Source of the DNA: a virus
Taxonomy: Duplodnaviria; Caudoviricetes
Strand: one strand, 5' to 3'
Virus record (IMG/VR): IMGVR_UViG_3300038555_000005
Coordinates: 1 to 52,926 of that record
Length of the DNA stretch: 52,926 bases
Shown here: piece after piece, positions 9,636 to 18,910 of the stretch
Position numbering within the stretch: position 1 is the first letter of the stretch
How the letters are laid out: each line of letters opens with the position of its first letter
Notes under the pieces: model-generated
Seen by the model: only the letters and a program-made list of their open reading frames with translations
Databases searched by the model: none
Told to the model about the DNA's origin: nothing
Translations under genes and position numbers: made by a program

Positions 9636-12600
9636 AGGCCAGCCCCTCTCATTTCACTGTCCTCGAACCGAGTTCGCACTGGGTCGGTGTGGATCGGATT
9701 GATCTCCGTGAAGGAATAGTTCGGCCGACCGAGCTCCTCCCGGAGGAACCGGATCTCAGCGATGAGCGCCTCGAAACCGGCGGCGCTCTGACCGCTAGGG
9801 CCCGCAGTCCCGGAGGCCACACGCACTAGAGGATCGCCGCCGTCCCGGATGGGGTAGATTGGCCCACCCTCAGCGCGGCCAGGGAACATCCCCGCCAGGC
9901 CGCCTATCCCTCCGTTGAGGAGAGCCTGACGGATCCGGAAGATGCCCTCGTGGCCACCGGCTGCGGCGACTTCGCGGGCCGTGAGCACATGCTCGTCGTT
10001 GGACAGCCGGAACAGACCAGCGGTGTCAGACGTGCCCGTTCCTGGGCCCTTGACCGGCCCACCCGTCGCCATGCCCGGAGTGAGCGTCCTGTTCCCCACC
10101 TTCACCTCACCGGAGGTGGTGACACGGATTGTCGCCGACCGGTCGCGCGCAAGGCGCGTCAGGGCGGCTTCAACCGACTCGACGCCAGAGGCCGAGACCT
10201 TCACACGCCCGTCGGGCAGCGTCGTGATCGTGAATCCCATGGCTTCGAGCTGCTGGCGTAGCGTCGCGATCGTCGATGCGTCGTCCACGATGAACGAACC
10301 ATCCGGGGTTTCCAAGACCTGCTGAGCGAGCAGGATCAGCTGCTGCTTCTGCGTGTCGATCGTGCCATCGTCCGTCATCAAGAAGGAGACGACCGAGGGC
10401 GTGTCCATCATGGTCCGCACGAGACCGTTGACCTGCTCGTCGGACAGCCCGGACTGGGTCGCGATTTCGCGGAGCTTGTCGATGTACGGCTGAGCCGCAG
10501 CGACTCCCGCATCCATCGCGCCCGCTGCGTCGCCGTTCTTCTTGGCGAAGTCGACGGCCTGGGTGATCGCGGTGAGCATCTCGTCGTTCAGGCTCGACAC
10601 CTGGTCGTGCAGGTTGACGCCTGCACGGGTGGTGGTGTCGATTTGACCGGCCGAGTTGATGAGCGTGCTGGCGAGCTTGTTGCCGTTCTCGTCGGTCTGC
10701 GCGAAGGCGTCCGCGAGGTTGAGAGCCTGCTCGTTCAGATCCCGAGTGAGCTCGGCCTGGGTTTTCGTCCCGCCGTTGAGCTCGTCGAGAGCCTGCTTGA
10801 GAGCGTTCAGCCGCTCCGTGGCGTCACGGGTGACGTCGCGCGCGATCGTGAGAGCCTCGTTCAGACGCCCGTTCGAGCGCTCAGCGTCGGTCATCGCGGC
10901 GGCGGCCGCCTGCATTCGCTCGTTGTACTCGGCCTGGATCTGAGCGGCCATCTCGACCGCTTCGCGCTGCTCCACGATCGATCCCTTGAGCAGGCTCGCG
11001 GCCTCCGCTTCGGAGGTCATGCGCTCCTTGAGGCCCGTCGTGCCGCTCGTCTCTTCCGTCTTCGCCCGGTACTTGTCGAGCGAGTCCAGGAGAGCCTGGT
11101 ACGCGGGACCACCGTCGCGGATTGCGTCAGACACGGTGCCGGAGGTCTCGCCGAACCGCAGCATCGCCTTCTCAGCGCCGCCGACCTTGTCGATCCAGTC
11201 CTTCGCTCGCTGGTCACCGCTCGACGAAAACAGGTTGATCTCGATGTCGCTGAATCCGTCGATGGCCTCACGGATCTTGTCGGTCGTCGCCGCAGTGGTC
11301 TCGCCAGCCTCGGTGAGCGTCTCGCGGTAGGCCTGGATGCGATCCTTGGTCTTCTGCGCCGCAGCCGCCTGTGCCGTCAGCGTCGCCGTGAGGATGGCGG
11401 CGGCTGTCGAGACACCCAGGATGATCAGGCCCACTGGGTTCGAGATGAACGCGGCCTTGAGGCTGTTCCCGAGACCCGTCGCTGCGACACCGGCAACGCC
11501 GAACGTGCCCGCCATCCGGGATGTGTTCCCCTCCATGCCAGCGAGGGCGGCTTGCACGGCTGCCTGCTCGCCGATGCGGCGGACGCCGTCGACGAAGCTC
11601 TGGATCGCGGGCGCACCGCTCCGAAGTGCGGTGAAGACGGCGATGCCGGCCGCCGCGGTGGCGAGCATCGGAGCAGGGATCTCGCTGATGATGTCAACGA
11701 GAGGCGCCGCGACCGACGTGACCGCGCGGATGCCCGTCGCGACGACAGGGAGCGCGATGCTCAGCGTGCCAGACAGCGTCGAGGCGAGCTGCGTCCCGAC
11801 TGGGATGAGCGGCTTGAGCTCGCCCAGCAGGTTGCCGAGCTCGGCGCGCAGCTGAGGCGATGCCAGCGCGGCGGCCGCGATGGCACCACCCAGCGGACCG
11901 AACGCAGGAACGAACCGACCGACCACAGGGATCGAGGCGAGCAGCTGCGAGTTCACACCCAGCACAGCGCCCGCGAGAGCCGCCAGGCCGGGGGCATGGT
12001 TCGCCATGGAATCGAGACCACGCTCGAGGCGAGACGAGTCCCACGCCTTCACCTGCACGCCCGCGGCGTCGAGCATCTCGGTGATACCGGCGAAGGCCGG
12101 CATCGCGCGGGAAACGAGCATCGACACCACGGGGGCCGTGTGCTTCTCGACCGCACGCATGACGTCGGCGACCTGGTTTCCCCAGGTGACCGCGAGGCCC
12201 CCGCCGTTCTTCGACACGAACGGCTCAGCCAGTGCGGCGCCGATGTCGCGGGAGGCAGCGGCGATCCGGTCCTTCGTCCCAGCGAACGTCTCCTTGACGT
12301 TGCTCGCGGCTCCAGCGAACTTCGTGTTCATCTGCGCCACGAGCACGTCGACAGCCTCGCCGGCGTCGAGCGTGCCCTTCGTCACGGCTTCGCGGATCTC
12401 GGCGGCGCTCTTGCCGAAGCCAGCGCCGAGGAGAGTGGCGGCATCGAGGCCACGCTCGCCGAGCATGTTGAAGTCCTCTGCCGTGAGCTTCCCGGAGGAT
12501 CGGATCTTCGCGAGAATGGACACGATCGCGCTGATCTGGTCGTTGTTGCCGCCGACGGCCGCGACGGAGTTCTGCACCGCGTCGAGAATCGGGATGACTT

Positions 12601-13003
12601 TCTCGGCCTCGAACCCGAATCCGATCAGCTGCTGCTGCGCGGAGATGAAGACGGACTTCGAGAACGGGCTATTCCGCGCGAACGCGTCGAGCTTGTCCAT
12701 CTGCGCGTTCGCAGCCTCTGCGCCGCCCATGAGGGTGCGCATCGCCGCGCGGGACGTCTGCTGCAGCTGGTTGTACGCGACACCGGTGGAGAACAGCTTC
12801 GTGACGAACACCGCGGCCGCGGCGGACGCGACGCCGATACCGACAGCGGTGCCACGGAACGCGGCCTCGGCAGTCTTCCCCAGCTTCGATGCGACGGAGT
12901 CCGTGTCGTTCAGCTTCCCGCGGACCCGATCGAGGTCGCGGGAGACGGAGTCCACACCGCCGAGCTGGATCGTGGCGACGAGATCAGCTGCGCTGAACGA
13001 CAT
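9632..13003 (-). CDS. Tape measure protein
   Basis: 1123 aa Ala/Gly-rich helical protein, FARNSPF tape-measure domain, TM region, ATGGPV.GPGTGTSD C-terminal motif. Confidence 0.95.
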   Translation of the reverse strand: MSFSAADLVATIQLGGVDSVSRDLDRVRGKLNDTDSVASKLGKTAEAAFRGTAVGIGVASAAAAVFVTKLFSTGVAYNQLQQTSRAAMRTLMGGAEAANAQMDKLDAFARNSPFSKSVFISAQQQLIGFGFEAEKVIPILDAVQNSVAAVGGNNDQISAIVSILAKIRSSGKLTAEDFNMLGERGLDAATLLGAGFGKSAAEIREAVTKGTLDAGEAVDVLVAQMNTKFAGAASNVKETFAGTKDRIAAASRDIGAALAEPFVSKNGGGLAVTWGNQVADVMRAVEKHTAPVVSMLVSRAMPAFAGITEMLDAAGVQVKAWDSSRLERGLDSMANHAPGLAALAGAVLGVNSQLLASIPVVGRFVPAFGPLGGAIAAAALASPQLRAELGNLLGELKPLIPVGTQLASTLSGTLSIALPVVATGIRAVTSVAAPLVDIISEIPAPMLATAAAGIAVFTALRSGAPAIQSFVDGVRRIGEQAAVQAALAGMEGNTSRMAGTFGVAGVAATGLGNSLKAAFISNPVGLIILGVSTAAAILTATLTAQAAAAQKTKDRIQAYRETLTEAGETTAATTDKIREAIDGFSDIEINLFSSSGDQRAKDWIDKVGGAEKAMLRFGETSGTVSDAIRDGGPAYQALLDSLDKYRAKTEETSGTTGLKERMTSEAEAASLLKGSIVEQREAVEMAAQIQAEYNERMQAAAAAMTDAERSNGRLNEALTIARDVTRDATERLNALKQALDELNGGTKTQAELTRDLNEQALNLADAFAQTDENGNKLASTLINSAGQIDTTTRAGVNLHDQVSSLNDEMLTAITQAVDFAKKNGDAAGAMDAGVAAAQPYIDKLREIATQSGLSDEQVNGLVRTMMDTPSVVSFLMTDDGTIDTQKQQLILLAQQVLETPDGSFIVDDASTIATLRQQLEAMGFTITTLPDGRVKVSASGVESVEAALTRLARDRSATIRVTTSGEVKVGNRTLTPGMATGGPVKGPGTGTSDTAGLFRLSNDEHVLTAREVAAAGGHEGIFRIRQALLNGGIGGLAGMFPGRAEGGPIYPIRDGGDPLVRVASGTAGPSGQSAAGFEALIAEIRFLREELGRPNYSFTEINPIHTDPVRTRFEDSEMRGAGL

Positions 13004-13011
13004 CTGTCACC

Positions 13012-13395
13012 TCACTTCTGCAGGGCTCTCGCGAGCCGTGTGTCTGGGTTGTCGAGGAGCGCGATGATGTGCGCCCTCAGCCACCGCCATGGGCGGTCGA
13101 TGGCGTCGAGGTCATAGGCGTCGATGTCGAAGTACTCGCGCAGGTCAGGAAGCGTCCACCGGTCCCACTCGGTGAAGACCGTCCGCCAGACCTTCGACTG
13201 TGGGATGCCCTTCGCCGCGGCGGCCTCGGGCTTCGCGCTGGCAGCCTGAATCAGCTCTTGGAACCATCCGGGGTACTCGTATCGCTCGTAGCGACCGGTG
13301 CGGGGGTCTCGTCGGCCGCGTCCGAACTGAGCAATGTCGTCAACTGTGCGAAAGCTGTCGAGAGCCCGTTGCGCTGCATCAGCGTCGAGAGCGCT
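13012..13395 (-). CDS. Tail assembly chaperone, -1 frameshift extension (gpGT-like C-terminal part)
   Basis: Open -1 frame from slippery C CCA AAA (13401-13395) to TGA at 13014-13012: SALDADAAQRALDSFR...RLARALQK; absent from the ORF track. Confidence 0.8.
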   Translation of the reverse strand, partial: SALDADAAQRALDSFRTVDDIAQFGRGRRDPRTGRYERYEYPGWFQELIQAASAKPEAAAAKGIPQSKVWRTVFTEWDRWTLPDLREYFDIDAYDLDAIDRPWRWLRAHIIALLDNPDTRLARALQK

Positions 13396-13748
13396 TTTGG
13401 GTAGCCACCGAGCGCTTCGTTCAGCACGGTGTTGACGAGGTCGATGCCGCCGCCCTGGACGTTCCAGAAGAAGGCGGCGTTGATCACAGCCTCGGACTCC
13501 GACCAGCGGAGGTCTCCGTCGATGATGGGCCAGTTCTCCTCGCCGACAGCGAGCTTGCCCATGAACGTGACGTCACGCTCGGGATCCTCGGACTGGCCGA
13601 AGGCGACTCCAGCGTGCAGCGCCTGCAACGCGGCTCCCTGCGTGGCGGGGATCGGCTTGACGATGATGCGGATCAGGTCGTCGGTGTCGGCTTCGTCGCC
13701 GAGGTCGATGAAGAGCTTGCGGCCGCGCTCGTACGCCTTGATGGTCAT
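13251..13748 (-). CDS. Tail assembly chaperone (gpG-like)
   Basis: 165 aa between major tail and tape measure; contains slippery heptamer. Confidence 0.85.
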   Translation of the reverse strand: MTIKAYERGRKLFIDLGDEADTDDLIRIIVKPIPATQGAALQALHAGVAFGQSEDPERDVTFMGKLAVGEENWPIIDGDLRWSESEAVINAAFFWNVQGGGIDLVNTVLNEALGGYPKALSTLMQRNGLSTAFAQLTTLLSSDAADETPAPVATSDTSTPDGSKS

Positions 13749-13792
13749 GGGGTCTCCTTGAGTGAGTGGTTCGAGAGTGAGTGAGCGGGGGA

Positions 13793-13824
13793 GCGCGGGG
13801 CCGCCGTCGGAGGCGGCCCCGCGC
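13793..13824 (-). terminator. Stem-loop after major tail gene (terminator or mRNA stabiliser)
   Basis: GCGCGGGGCCGCC-GTCGGA-GGCGGCCCCGCGC perfect 13 bp stem. Confidence 0.55.
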
Positions 13825-13830
13825 GAGGGA

Positions 13831-14343
13831 TCAGCCGTTGCCGGCGGGCACGTTGACCGGGTTGGTGATCGGGAGGATCTGGCCAGCGGCGGAGAACGTG
13901 AACGCGTCCCAGCCGGGGCCCTGCGCGCCGTTCTCGGGGCGAGCGTCGCGCGAGACGAGGAACAGGCCCTCGTAGGCGTCGGACGCGCCGAGAGCGTCGT
14001 ACCAGCGGAGGTAGACGAGGTTGTCCTGACCGGTCTTGTCGGAGGCGTTCTTGAGGATCAGCCACTCCGGCTGGAACTCGCCGGTGTTGTCGCGGATCTT
14101 CAGGATGTTGAACGCGGCCGTCGGTGCGGACCCGACCTTCGTCTGGGCCTGCTGGCCCTTGTTGGCGTAGGTCGTGATGTCCTGCAGCTGCGCGGGGAAC
14201 TGCGGGTTGAACTGGTTGATGTCCGGGATGTTGACGAACTGCTTCTCGGCGGGGCCGACCGGGACGGTGGCGACGTCGACGATGTACTCGTAGGACTGGG
14301 CGACGGAGCCAACGGTGGGCACCACGTCATCGAATGCGGTCAT
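13831..14343 (-). CDS. Major tail protein
   Basis: 170 aa, strong RBS (GAAAGGA), high GC3 codon bias, position before chaperones. Confidence 0.85.
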   Translation of the reverse strand: MTAFDDVVPTVGSVAQSYEYIVDVATVPVGPAEKQFVNIPDINQFNPQFPAQLQDITTYANKGQQAQTKVGSAPTAAFNILKIRDNTGEFQPEWLILKNASDKTGQDNLVYLRWYDALGASDAYEGLFLVSRDARPENGAQGPGWDAFTFSAAGQILPITNPVNVPAGNG

Positions 14344-14417
14344 GGGATTTCCTTTCCAGGAATGACGAGAGCCCCCGCGGGGTGCGGAGGCTCGAGGGGT
14401 GGTGCCGCGCCTGGCGG

Positions 14418-14873
14418 CTATCCCGCGGGCGGGACGAGGGGGAGGCCTGCGAGACCGGTCAGCTTCCAGTTCGTGGTGAACTCGTAGCCCGATCGCGCTT
14501 GCCGAGACGGGCCGAGCTCGCCGAACGAGACGTACTCGCCGGTGGCTCGGATGTCGCCGAGGCCGAGGGTCTTCCGGTCGATCAGATCGTGGAGACGGTC
14601 GAAGTACTCCACCCCGGCGAGCGGGTGCCCGGTCAGGCGGTACTTGATCTGCACGCGCGTCTCTGCGAGCCTCCGCGTCGCTGTCGGGGATAGCCCGACA
14701 CCGCCGGGGAGGTAGAGGAACAGTCCGACGATCTCGACCGGCTGTTCCGGGAAGCGGCCGACGACAATGCCGCGGTCTGTGGCGGCGTACACACCGTCGT
14801 CGCGGTAGACGCCCATGCTTTGGGAGGCCAGCAGTCGGGCGATGCCTTCGAGAAGGCCAGCGTGAAAGCTCAT
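14418..14873 (-). CDS. Tail terminator / minor capsid-type protein
   Basis: 151 aa, position just before major tail. Confidence 0.65.
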   Translation of the reverse strand: MSFHAGLLEGIARLLASQSMGVYRDDGVYAATDRGIVVGRFPEQPVEIVGLFLYLPGGVGLSPTATRRLAETRVQIKYRLTGHPLAGVEYFDRLHDLIDRKTLGLGDIRATGEYVSFGELGPSRQARSGYEFTTNWKLTGLAGLPLVPPAG

Positions 14874-15241
14874 CCGACCTCCCGCTTGATCTCCATGGCG
14901 ACGACGCCCATGAGCTGCGCCTTCATCTCCTCGGCGGGCCGTTCGAGGAACTTCGCCTGCGCGCCGGGATTGTGATCGGTGCGGAAGTCCATGTCGAGGC
15001 CTTCATGCGCGGCCACGCCGTAGTTGAAGCCGTCCTCGGACGTTGCGCTGAAGCTCACCGCGGACTCCAGCTCCTGCGGGGTCGCGTCGTGGGCGGTGCC
15101 GGACTGGGACAGGTCGCCGCTGTCGAACGGGACGCGCGTCTGCGACTCGGCGAGTAGCGCGCGGGCCGCTCGGTTTAGCCCGCGCGCTCCGCCGACACGG
15201 ACTCGCTGGAGGGCTTCGTCTCCGTGCCAGTTGACGACCAT
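14870..15241 (-). CDS. Head-tail region protein (HK97 gp10-like)
   Basis: VPFDSGDLSQS, HE, QAKFLERP motifs. Confidence 0.7.
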   Translation of the reverse strand: MVVNWHGDEALQRVRVGGARGLNRAARALLAESQTRVPFDSGDLSQSGTAHDATPQELESAVSFSATSEDGFNYGVAAHEGLDMDFRTDHNPGAQAKFLERPAEEMKAQLMGVVAMEIKREVG

Positions 15242-15247
15242 TTGCGA

Positions 15248-15580
15248 TCACTCCAATGCGATCTCGACGAACTGGGGAAGGCCCGGCCACTCGGCGAGAG
15301 CGACGACGACGGCCGTCGCCTCGCGTTCGTTCGACCGTCCGCGCCAGATCGTGACGATGGAGCCGAGAGGCATGAGGTGCTCGCGGTCGAGCGCGATCCG
15401 CGCCGTCGACATGAATTGCCGACCATCCGCGGTGCGGATGAGCTTCTGCTTGTCGTCGATCGCAGCGCGAGTCGGCACGACCTCGGGGCCGTGCTTCTCC
15501 TCGTAGACGCTCTCGCCGAGCTTCGGTCGGTACGCGACGAGCCCGCCATGCGGGAGCATCCGCTTCGGCAGGCGTCTCAT
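15248..15580 (-). CDS. Head-to-tail stopper
   Basis: 110 aa beta-rich, syntenic position. Confidence 0.65.
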   Translation of the reverse strand: MRRLPKRMLPHGGLVAYRPKLGESVYEEKHGPEVVPTRAAIDDKQKLIRTADGRQFMSTARIALDREHLMPLGSIVTIWRGRSNEREATAVVVALAEWPGLPQFVEIALE

Positions 15581-15978
15581 CGGTAGCCCACTCCCCAGGC
15601 GATGCCGGGGCAGCCGCGCAGGATCATCTCGACGGTCGGAGCGTCGAGGGCATCCTGCTTTGCGCGGGCGTCACTCGTGCCACCGCCGCCGGGCAGACTG
15701 ACAGACAGGATTGATCCGCCACCGTTCTGCGCGCCGGCGCCGGTGGTGTCACCGGTCTCGGCCCAGAACGCGAGCTGCGCGAGCGTCGCGTCCTTGATCG
15801 CGGTAGCGACACCGTCGTCGGTGGGGCGGCCGTCCTCGTTGACAGCGAAGCGCGCCGTGCGGAGGGCATCGCGGATCCGATAGGACGCGTTGCGGATCGA
15901 GAACGCCACGTCCTCCAGCTCGGCGGCCACCGACTCGGGCACGTCGGAGGCTTCAGCGTACGGGAACCACACGGTCAC
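15577..15978 (-). CDS. Head-to-tail adaptor
   Basis: AIKDATLAQLAFW motif of actinophage adaptors; syntenic position. Confidence 0.75.
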   Translation of the reverse strand: MTVWFPYAEASDVPESVAAELEDVAFSIRNASYRIRDALRTARFAVNEDGRPTDDGVATAIKDATLAQLAFWAETGDTTGAGAQNGGGSILSVSLPGGGGTSDARAKQDALDAPTVEMILRGCPGIAWGVGYR

Positions 15979-16313
15979 TCCTCGCGGGTGAACGCCTGCA
16001 GGAAGGCGTTGAGGATCTCGGGCTTGCGCGCCTTTGACGGAAGGTCGATGCCCTCGGTCTCCGCGAGATCACGCAGCTCCTCGACGGTCAGGTCGGTGAG
16101 CAGCCTGTCGCCGACCTGCATGGTCTCGATGGTCAGATCGCGATGGCTGGGGGAGGCGGACTCGGCGTCACCGAAGATGGCGCCGGTGATCTCCAGAAAG
16201 CGGCGGGTGTTGCTGCCAATGCTCTCGACCGTGGCGATGCCGTCGGTGAACTCGATACCGGCGAGGATGCGCTGCGAAGCGAGGTGCTCGGGCAGGCGGA
16301 TGATGAGGCTCAT
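15975..16313 (-). CDS. Hypothetical protein with C-terminal Rho-N/HeH-like helix pair
   Basis: LTDLTVEELRDLAETEGIDLPSKARKPEIL. Confidence 0.65.
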   Translation of the reverse strand: MSLIIRLPEHLASQRILAGIEFTDGIATVESIGSNTRRFLEITGAIFGDAESASPSHRDLTIETMQVGDRLLTDLTVEELRDLAETEGIDLPSKARKPEILNAFLQAFTREE

Positions 16314-16338
16314 GGTGTGCTGATCTCCTTCGAGTCGT

Positions 16339-16376
16339 GAGCGGGGAGCCGCACCGGATGATGCGTCTCCCCGCTC
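16339..16376 (-). terminator. Stem-loop
   Basis: GAGCGGGGAG...CTCCCCGCTC inverted repeat between genes. Confidence 0.5.
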
Positions 16377-16382
16377 GTGCGG

Positions 16383-17036
16383 TCAGGCCTTCGCCCAGCC
16401 CGCGTTGATGACGGCGGTGCGGATCTTCTCGCGGCCCGCGCCGTCCTCGACCTTCACGCCGTGCTTCTCGGCGTAGTCGGCCCAGTCCTCGCCGCGGGCG
16501 TTCCCTGCGGGCGCGAACTTCTCGATGTACGCGGCGACGATGTCGTCACGTCCGGCGTCGTCGGCGACGTCGAGGCCGATCGAGTCGTGCTTCGCGTACG
16601 CGAGCCACTCCTCGTTGGAGCCGTTGAGGCCGGGGCGCTCGGGCTGGTCGTCGCCGTCGTTGCTCCCGACGGCGTTGCCTTCGGCGGAACCATCGCTGGA
16701 CCCGCCGCCGCCCGCTCCGGTGTCGCCGGTGGGCTCACCGTTCGCATTCGCGGCGGCATCCTCGGCGGCCTTGCGCTGCGCCTCTTCGGCGCTGAGCGTG
16801 TCGGCCGGGTTCGCGATGCCGGCGGTCGCCGATGTGAGCGGCGGGGTGCCATCGGTGACGGTGTCCGTGTTGACCTCGCCAGCGACGGGGCCCGGGCTCT
16901 GCGGGACGAGGCCCTGCGGCTCGGTGCTGACCGGACTGTCGTCGCGCTCCCAGCGGGAGAGCGCGTCCAGGTCGGCGCGGGGCTCGTCGCTGACGATGAC
17001 CTGGCCGTCCTCGAGGGACGTGTACTTGGGGGACAT
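16383..17036 (-). CDS. Acidic hypothetical protein with two C-terminal HeH-like repeats
   Basis: NEEWLAYAKH..GLDV..DAGRDDI and GEDWADYAEKHGVKV.DGAGREKI repeats; GGAG RBS. Confidence 0.7.
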   Translation of the reverse strand: MSPKYTSLEDGQVIVSDEPRADLDALSRWERDDSPVSTEPQGLVPQSPGPVAGEVNTDTVTDGTPPLTSATAGIANPADTLSAEEAQRKAAEDAAANANGEPTGDTGAGGGGSSDGSAEGNAVGSNDGDDQPERPGLNGSNEEWLAYAKHDSIGLDVADDAGRDDIVAAYIEKFAPAGNARGEDWADYAEKHGVKVEDGAGREKIRTAVINAGWAKA

Positions 17037-17066
17037 GCTGATCTCCGTTTCTCTCGGGCGACCGAA

Positions 17067-17094
17067 GGGTGGACGGCCCGGAGGCCGTCCACCC
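17067..17094 (-). terminator. Stem-loop after major capsid gene
   Basis: GGGTGGACGGCC-CGGA-GGCCGTCCACCC perfect 12 bp stem. Confidence 0.6.
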
Positions 17095-17100
17095 GATCGG

Positions 17101-18036
17101 TCAGGCCTTGTTCGGGCCCTTGAGCAGGACGGCGCGGTTCGCGTCGAGCAGCTTCACTCCGTAGAGGAAGTCGACCGACACGACCGTCTGCTTGTACTTG
17201 ATGTCCCAGCCGTACGCGACGCGCACGGACAGACCGCGGTAGCTCTGCACAGCGACCTGGCCCTGGTTGGCACCCGAGGGCACCTCCAGCGGCGCGGACG
17301 CGAGCGCCAGAGCCGAGCGGTGGAACGCCAAGCCGACCTCGGTGGTCGGCTGGCCGACCGCGGGGTTGCTGGCCGGCTGGCCGACCAGGCCCGTCTGGAA
17401 GGCGTCGAAGCCGAACAGGTTGCGGCCGATCGAGCCCTCGCGGAGCGCTTCGGTCGAACCGGACTTGTTCGCCGTCTTCAGCAGCTCGGTGTTGAGCCAC
17501 TTCGACGCCATGGTGGGGCCGACGACCGCGTAACGGTCGCGCTGCGGGACGCTCCGGAGGTCGAGCTGACGCTTGGCCTCGATGAGCACCTCCGGCTTGT
17601 CCCACGTCTGACCGTCGGCGACTGCGTCGGCGTGGGTGCCCGCGACCTGGGTGACCTGGTCACGCAGGCTGAGGACCGCGAGGTCGACGTGCTGAGCGAT
17701 GGCCTCCAACGCCGGCGAGAGGAGCTGCTGATCGAAGTCCTCGATCTTCAGGCTCATGTCCTCGTCGGTGACCGCGAAGGACACGTCGGCGATGTTGTCG
17801 AGCTTCACGGGGACGGAGCCCTCGGTCGCGTCCTGGAGCTGGATGCCCTGGGCGCGGTCGAACTTCTGCGCCGTGAACGTCGCAGGCTTGCGGATGTTGA
17901 TGGTGTCACCCTGCTTGCGGGTCGCGAGCTCGGTGCCGTAGTCCGTGTAGACCAGCGGCCCGAGGAACGTCGACTCGTAGAGGGTGGCGAGCGCCTGCTG
18001 AGCGATCGCGGTGGTGCTGAGGAGGGTGTTTGCCAT
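17101..18036 (-). CDS. Major capsid protein (P22 coat-like family)
   Basis: MANTLL..., GDTINIRKPA, VSVDFLYGVKLLD motifs; follows scaffold. Confidence 0.92.
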   Translation of the reverse strand: MANTLLSTTAIAQQALATLYESTFLGPLVYTDYGTELATRKQGDTINIRKPATFTAQKFDRAQGIQLQDATEGSVPVKLDNIADVSFAVTDEDMSLKIEDFDQQLLSPALEAIAQHVDLAVLSLRDQVTQVAGTHADAVADGQTWDKPEVLIEAKRQLDLRSVPQRDRYAVVGPTMASKWLNTELLKTANKSGSTEALREGSIGRNLFGFDAFQTGLVGQPASNPAVGQPTTEVGLAFHRSALALASAPLEVPSGANQGQVAVQSYRGLSVRVAYGWDIKYKQTVVSVDFLYGVKLLDANRAVLLKGPNKA

Positions 18037-18054
18037 GGTGGTGGCCCTTTCTGC

Positions 18055-18753
18055 CTACGACTCGACGCCGCGGCGGTTCTGACGCTCCTTGCGGATGTCG
18101 TCGATGGACTTCTCGCCGGCGGGTGCGCCGCCAGCGGGTGCAGGGTCTCCGTCACTGGACTTGGGGGCCACCTGGGCCTTCCGGTAACGGGCATGCGACT
18201 CGACGGTCGACTTGACCAGCGCCTCCACCTGGGCGGCGTGGTCATCTGCAGTCGGGTCGAGTTCCTTGAGCTTCTTCTTGAAGCTCTCGGAGTCTGTGAG
18301 GGCGTCGACGTCGCCGCCGAAGCGGTCGGCGTGACGCAGGATCGCGTTCTCGATGCGCAGCGCCTGGGTCTCAGCCTGCGACGCCGTGAGCGACTGGTCC
18401 TTGTCCTGGAGAGCCTGCGTGAGGCCGTCCACCGTCGGCGGCTCGTCGTCGGTCACGAGACCGAGCGCCTTGCCGACCTTCTGGACGAAGTCCTTCTGCG
18501 CCTGCTCGGCGGCAGCGCGCGCCTTCTGCGCTTCGCTGCGATAGCCCGCGGCTTCCTTGTTCGCCTTCGTCAGCGAGTTGCGCGCCCACTCGGGGAGCTC
18601 GTCGATGTTCTCGTTCGGGTCCGCGGGGTCGGCAGCGGGCGCAGTCGGCGCAGCGGGCGGACCCGGCACGGGCGGCGCTGGAGTCGGGGCGGGTGCGGCC
18701 GGCGCGGGAGTGGGCGTCGGCTCTGCGGGCTCGGGTGCGGGTGCATCGGGCAT
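18055..18753 (-). CDS. Capsid scaffolding protein
   Basis: Pro/Ala-rich N-terminus, LPEWA...ANKEAAGYR coiled coil; AAGGAG RBS. Confidence 0.88.
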   Translation of the reverse strand: MPDAPAPEPAEPTPTPAPAAPAPTPAPPVPGPPAAPTAPAADPADPNENIDELPEWARNSLTKANKEAAGYRSEAQKARAAAEQAQKDFVQKVGKALGLVTDDEPPTVDGLTQALQDKDQSLTASQAETQALRIENAILRHADRFGGDVDALTDSESFKKKLKELDPTADDHAAQVEALVKSTVESHARYRKAQVAPKSSDGDPAPAGGAPAGEKSIDDIRKERQNRRGVES

Positions 18754-18850
18754 TGTGGATCTCCTTCCCGGCGCCTGGCCGGATTCGGTGGACCGCGCCG
18801 ACATGACGCGGGGTCTGGATGTGCGCAGCGGGGCGCGGTAGAATGGCGGG

Positions 18851-18897
18851 TAGAAGGCGGCAGGCAGTTCACTTTTCGGACAGCCCAGCCGCCTTCT
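18851..18897 (+). ncRNA. Candidate small hairpin RNA convergent with the MuF-toxin gene
   Basis: AGAAGGCGGC/GCCGCCTTCT 10 bp stem with inner GGC/GCC and GUUC/GGAC pairs; TAGAAT -10 at 18839-18844. Confidence 0.35.
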
Positions 18898-18910
18898 CTG
18901 TTGCCCGGGA

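Noticed and set aside
10607-13117. 836 aa plus-strand ORF and other long antisense ORFs (16525-18921, 43569-45182, 20798-21982)
   Set aside because: Shadow frames of well-supported minus-strand genes in high-GC DNA; no motifs or RBS.
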